64,000 bases of DNA, taken from assembly GCF_009914755.1 (NCBI RefSeq), contig NC_060935.1; one strand, 5' to 3'. This stretch comes from the human T2T-CHM13v2.0 reference genome, Homo sapiens. The notes below the pieces were generated by a model, which saw only the letters and a program-made list of their open reading frames with translations, was not told where the DNA came from and did not search any database. The translations under genes were made by a program, and so were the position numbers. This document shows positions 58,100 through 64,000 of the stretch, piece after piece; within the stretch, counting starts at the first letter, position 1, and each line of letters begins with the position of its first letter.

Positions 58100-59924
58100 T
58101 GATGGCAGCGGCAGTCCATCTGGAGCAGCTGTTGCCATGATGCCGGCTGCAGTGGGGCAGGTGTGGCCGGGGCGGCACGCTCCACAGAGCTGGTGGGAGC
58201 CAGGGACAGGCAGAAGCCTGCCCCCTCTGAGTTGGCAGGGTGGGAGCTTTATGCTCTCTGGGTGCAGCTGCAGCTGTCCAGCTGTAGCTGCAGACCTGGG
58301 CATCCCTGTGCTCTTGGGGGCCAGGAGCAGGCAGGAGCCCCACCCTCCTGGGCGCAGCTGCAGTCACCAGAGCCCTAGCTGTGGACCCAGGCATCCCTGT
58401 GCTCTTGTGGGCCAGAAGCAGGTAGGAGTCCCGGCCTCCCGGGCACAGCTGCAGCCACCCAAACCATGGCTGTGGACCAGGCATCCCTGTGCTCTTGGGG
58501 GCCAGGAGCAGGCAGGAGCCCCAACCCCTCAGGTATAGCTGCAGCTGCAGCTGCCCAAGCCACAGCTGTGGACCCAGGCATCGCTGCACTCTCAGGGGCT
58601 AGGCTTGGAAATGCTTGCTCCTGCTGCCTGGCCTCTCCCGACTCCCTGCACCTGCTCCGATCTTGGAGCAAAGTTGAGGCCAAGCCCGGGCACTGCCACA
58701 ACCTGGCTGGGTGTGCACAGGGTTGGGGCAGCACTGATATGCCAGCCCCCTGCTGCCTTAGCTCCCTCTGGACTTTGGGTGCCGAAAAGCACCAGAGGGA
58801 GGCTGAGGGGATGGTGTGGGCAGCTCAGCGCTGGTCTACACGTGCCCCTTGGCACGTGGCAGGAGGCAGACAGGCTCCTGTGTGGAAAGGGGCGGGTTCC
58901 CGGTGAAGCCCCACCTTCAAACCAGGGAGGCCTGAAGCCTGGGGGGTCAGGCTGCCAGCCCCGCAGACCGGAGTGGGAATTTATGGTGTTTTTTCCAGGC
59001 CTACCCATGGCCACCCATGAACCAATCAGTACACACTTCCTCCCCTTTGAAGCCCATCAAAACCCCAGACTCAACCAGACTTGGAAAATGATGGGACGAC
59101 CTGCCTGCGGAGAGGAGCTACCCACTCCAGGGTCTCCTCCCTGCTGAATGGTGAGCAGATGATGGGAAAACCAGCCAAGGAGAAGAGCTACCCACTCCAG
59201 GGTCTTCACTCTGCTGAGAGCTGAACACTCATCGGGACACCCTGGCTGTGGAGATGAGCTACCCACTGCACGTCTCCTCTGAGCTGTTCTATCGCTCAAT
59301 AAAGCTCCTCTTCACCTTACCCTCCACTTACCCACATACCTCATTCTTCCTGGATGCAGGGCAGGAACTTGGGACCTGCCAAATGGTGGGGCTGAAAGAG
59401 CTGTAACACCAACAGGTCTGAAACATGCCCCTTGCTCACCATGTTGCAGGCAACAAGAAGGAGAGAACAGAGGAGAGAAGAGCTGCAGAGAGAAGAGCTC
59501 CCTTTGGGGAGCCCAGACCTAGGAGCTCCCCAAGCCAGGGCTGTGACACCCTCTTTTGGGCTCTGTGGTTCTTGGAGTCTCCAAGCTTCCAGGCGCCACC
59601 ACATTCCCTGGTGCCAGCTGTGGAAGCTGCTTGCAGTATGCCTGGTCCAGCTGCAGCATCGCAGGGAGCCAGCACCTGTGCCAGTCCCTGGAGCTGCCCA
59701 CCCCACCACAGTCAGTGTTTCTGGCTGTGCACAGTGGCTGGACCCCATGTTCACTTGATCACACACCCCTTGCCACTCCACTTGCCCTTAGCAGGCACGG
59801 GATCCAAGCCGGCAGTGCGAGCTTGCCAGACTGAGTGGGCCCAGTGGGCCCAAGCAAAACTCAGGCAAAGGCACCACTGGCCAGGTTTCCAGCTAGCAAA
59901 GTGACACTCAAGGATCCCATAACA
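58100..59924 (+). mobile_element. MER52-like ERV1 solo LTR (1825 bp) inserted in an old L1 3' end
   Basis: Starts TGATGGCAGCGGC, ends AACA; 4-bp TSD TTAG (58096-58099, 59925-59928); internal ~90-bp tandem units; AATAAA at ~59298. Confidence 0.85.
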
Positions 59925-60056
59925 TTAGCTTCCTGTTTTGATCATTGTACTGTGCTTATGTAAGATGTAAAAATTTGGGCTACCTGGGTAATGGTGAACT
60001 CTACCATTTTTGCTACCTTTTTGCTAAGTCTAAGATTGTTTCAGAATGAAAAATAA

Positions 60057-60512
<456 letters not shown>

Positions 60513-60618
60513 CTAGGTGTCATGGATTCAGATTTAGAAAAGCAGTAACAATTTTGGCCGGGCGCAGTGGCTCACGCCTGTAATCCCAGCACTTTGGGAG
60601 GCCGAGGTGGGTGGTTCA

Positions 60619-60883
<265 letters not shown>

Positions 60884-62491
60884 CTATTTTATGTAAGGAA
60901 TAGTTAACCTTGGCTCACATCTCTGCATGTTACTAGGAGCACTTGAGGAATACTGATATACCTTGGTCCCACTCTCAGAAATTCTGACTGCTCTATGGTG
61001 GGCCTAGACATTAGTATTTTTTGAAAAGCTTTCCAGGTGATTCTGGTTGTTAACCAAGGGGGCTGGGAACCCCTTGGTTAAGGGAACTGGACTGTTTCGC
61101 TGGGAAAAGACTCAAATCAGCTTTACAAGAATCATATGGGAAAGCTTGGGAAGATAAATCTTTCTGAGTTCCTACCCTCTGGAGACAACTGGTAGATTTA
61201 GGATGACGTCTGCTTATGAAAAACTTCCCTTGTGACCTTGACGTGCAGCCAGGTATGGCAACAGCGGGCTGGGTCAGTGCTTCTCATGCTTTCATGTGCA
61301 TATGAATCACCAGGAGAGCTTGTTAAGATATAGGCTCTGATTCAGTAGGCTGGGGAGGAGCCCAGGAGTTTGCAGGAGGCTCCCAGGTGTTGCCGATGCT
61401 ACTGATCTGGGAAGCACACTTTAGTAGACAGCCGCTTAGTATAGTTTATTACACAAGAGATTCATGGATTGGATGTGGTGGAGGGAGTGGTTTGACTCAG
61501 GTACATCCTGAAAGTTTTAGGGAAGTCATTTAAGCCTCAGCAGTGCATTTATTTAGGCAGCAGTGTGGTAGAGTGGAAAGAGCATTGGCTTGGGAGTCAT
61601 ATCTGGATTCCATATTCATGATTTACTGTTTGGGTAACCATGAACAAGTTATTTCACCGTTTTGTGTCTCTGTTTTCAATGAGGAAAATAAATACAAAAA
61701 CATCTCCCTGCCAGATTAGCATTAGATAAAATGTGTTTAAAGAACCTAGCATAGCTCTTGATACAAAGTAGGTGTTCTGAAAAGTGACTATTACTGTTTA
61801 TGCTGTGGAATCCTCTTTTGTTGGAAGACCAGACTGTGAGTAATGTGCATGAAAAGTACTCAACAGTACTAATCAGTTTTGCATCAGAGACAACTTCTAC
61901 GGGCAAGAAAAAGCTAAGGTTACTTAAGTAGAAATTATCTTGACCTCAAGAAAAATACTTGTTCTTGTTTGTCCCCCCGCAATTAACTTTTGCAGTCATC
62001 TTAGTTATTGGCCTGATAAAATGTGACAAATGATTAACTGATTCAAACAAATATTTGTTGAGCACCTGCTACTCTAAGAGTCAAATAATTCTGAACTATT
62101 GTGACTCTCCACATAAAGCATATTTCAGGCCTTAGCTCCTTTGAGCTCACTGTCCTCTTTGCTTCTTTTCCTCCTTCAGGAGACCCTCTGAAGCTTGGGG
62201 TTCAGGTTGGGCTAATACTCTGTTAGCACCCTATGTACCCCGTCATAGCTTTGTTTCTACCAGCCTGCAAGCTGGGGCTTGTTGTAGCCTCATAACTGGG
62301 TACAGTGCCTCAAATTATTGTTGAACTGATTGTGTGACATAGGAAGCCCTCAGGGAGATCAGAGTCTGTGGTATCTGAGAGGTCAGGGAAAGCTTTCTGA
62401 AAAAAGTGATACTTGAGCTGAGACTTAAGAAGAGGCAGGTTGGCCGGGTGCGGTGGCTCATATCTGTAATCCCAGCACTTTGGGAGGCCTA

Positions 62492-62882
<391 letters not shown>

Positions 62883-64000
62883 TTAAATGGCAATTGGATT
62901 TTATCTTTGAGGATAATTGGAGACAAGTAACAGATTTTAAGCAGGAATGTGTGGAGGGTGGGTTGAGGATGATAATAGATACAGGGAAATTGGTTAGGAG
63001 TTTTATATAAAAGCCAGGTAATCAGATCCCACCAGTCACCTTAGTGTTCTTTCTGGGCTTAACTGCTTTCCCTCAGACCAGAGTGGTTCACTCTAGAGGT
63101 GCCCTTTGCCTGGTCTGCTTCTGACTGCACAATGGGAGCAGACCTTGGAGCATCACAGATCTCATCTGGTCCCTGGTGATGGGTGTCTGGCCCACGTGAG
63201 GCAGAAGGTGCAGCCATTTCTGTTCTGTGGAGTAAGTTGGATAGCAAGAGACCCTTGGTAAATGCATGGACAACATTACTGGGTTTTAATACCATGTCTG
63301 CTATGTCCTAGCTATGGGGACATTAGAGAAGTTACATAACCTCTCTGAACCTCATCCATAAAATGGAGATAATGCTAACTCTAGTGTTTTTCTGAGAATT
63401 GAATTGGATGACGATGACAAAAATAATGTCATTTAGTACATTTAGTAAGCGTCAATTTTATGTCAGGCCCTGGCCCAGGTACCTTCACTAATTAAAACAT
63501 GGGTCAAACACCAAAAATTGGTTTAGTTCATGATAGGTGCTCAATAAATATTAGATTCCTCCTCCCACCTCCTCCTGATCGTTGCACTTCCTACAGTTTG
63601 TCAGTGGCTGATGGATTGTTGTCTTAGCACTGTCTTCCAAACGATGTTATTTATTCTCACAAATTGACAAAGAGAGAAAATAATGACGATTTAATTTATG
63701 TTCAGGAAGCAGCCAGTGAGTAATTTCCAACATTGTTTCATTAAGGAAGTACTTGGGGCTTAGGAATCAACTGTATTTTAACCAAATTATAAATTAATAC
63801 AATTAGCCCTTGAACTTAAATTTTAGGCTCAGGGTCCTGGGCTGCAAAGAAACCAGTCAGAGCTGCTACTTGGAGAGTGACATTGTTTGTGTGATATTTT
63901 GATATTAGTGCCCATCTTTTGACCAAATAATCAGCATAAACATCTGAATACCAGTTCTGTTTAATGGACAAAATGTAATATGTAAGGTTTCCAAGGGTTG

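Noticed and set aside
57843-58589. 248-aa minus-strand ORF and other long ORFs at 58-59.9 kb
   Set aside because: They lie in the GC-rich tandem units of the MER52-like LTR; repetitive, non-ATG or weak starts, no gag/pol/env motifs
58263-58590. CRISPR-like repeat array
   Set aside because: Whole units are similar with no unique spacers; LTR-internal tandem repeat in a human locus

Overview
Human (primate) genomic DNA, recognisable from its proteins as the 11q23 CRYAB-HSPB2-C11orf52-DIXDC1 region. It holds the complete 3-exon CRYAB CDS (minus strand) head-to-head with the complete 2-exon HSPB2 CDS (plus; ATGs 1106 bp apart, TATA and heat-shock elements between). Next come the complete 4-exon C11orf52 CDS (123 aa) and two alternative 5' ends of DIXDC1 (CpG-rich ~27.1-27.7 kb with an exon at 30059-30151, and the main first coding exon at 37742-37801), followed by ~26 kb of DIXDC1 intron. 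The rest is dense in Alu, L1, L2, MIR, MaLR/ERV1 LTRs and DNA transposons. It also contains an RPL34 processed pseudogene, a 5S rRNA fragment fused between Alus and a 25-nt tailless U6 retrocopy. The most interesting reading is C11orf52 as a lipid-anchored, ectodomain-less tandem ITIM/ITSM adaptor with a PDZ-binding tail. This is inference from motifs, and I cannot check the literature. Most ORF-track entries are repeat-derived noise. Repeat family names are by eye and their boundaries are approximate unless TSDs are given.
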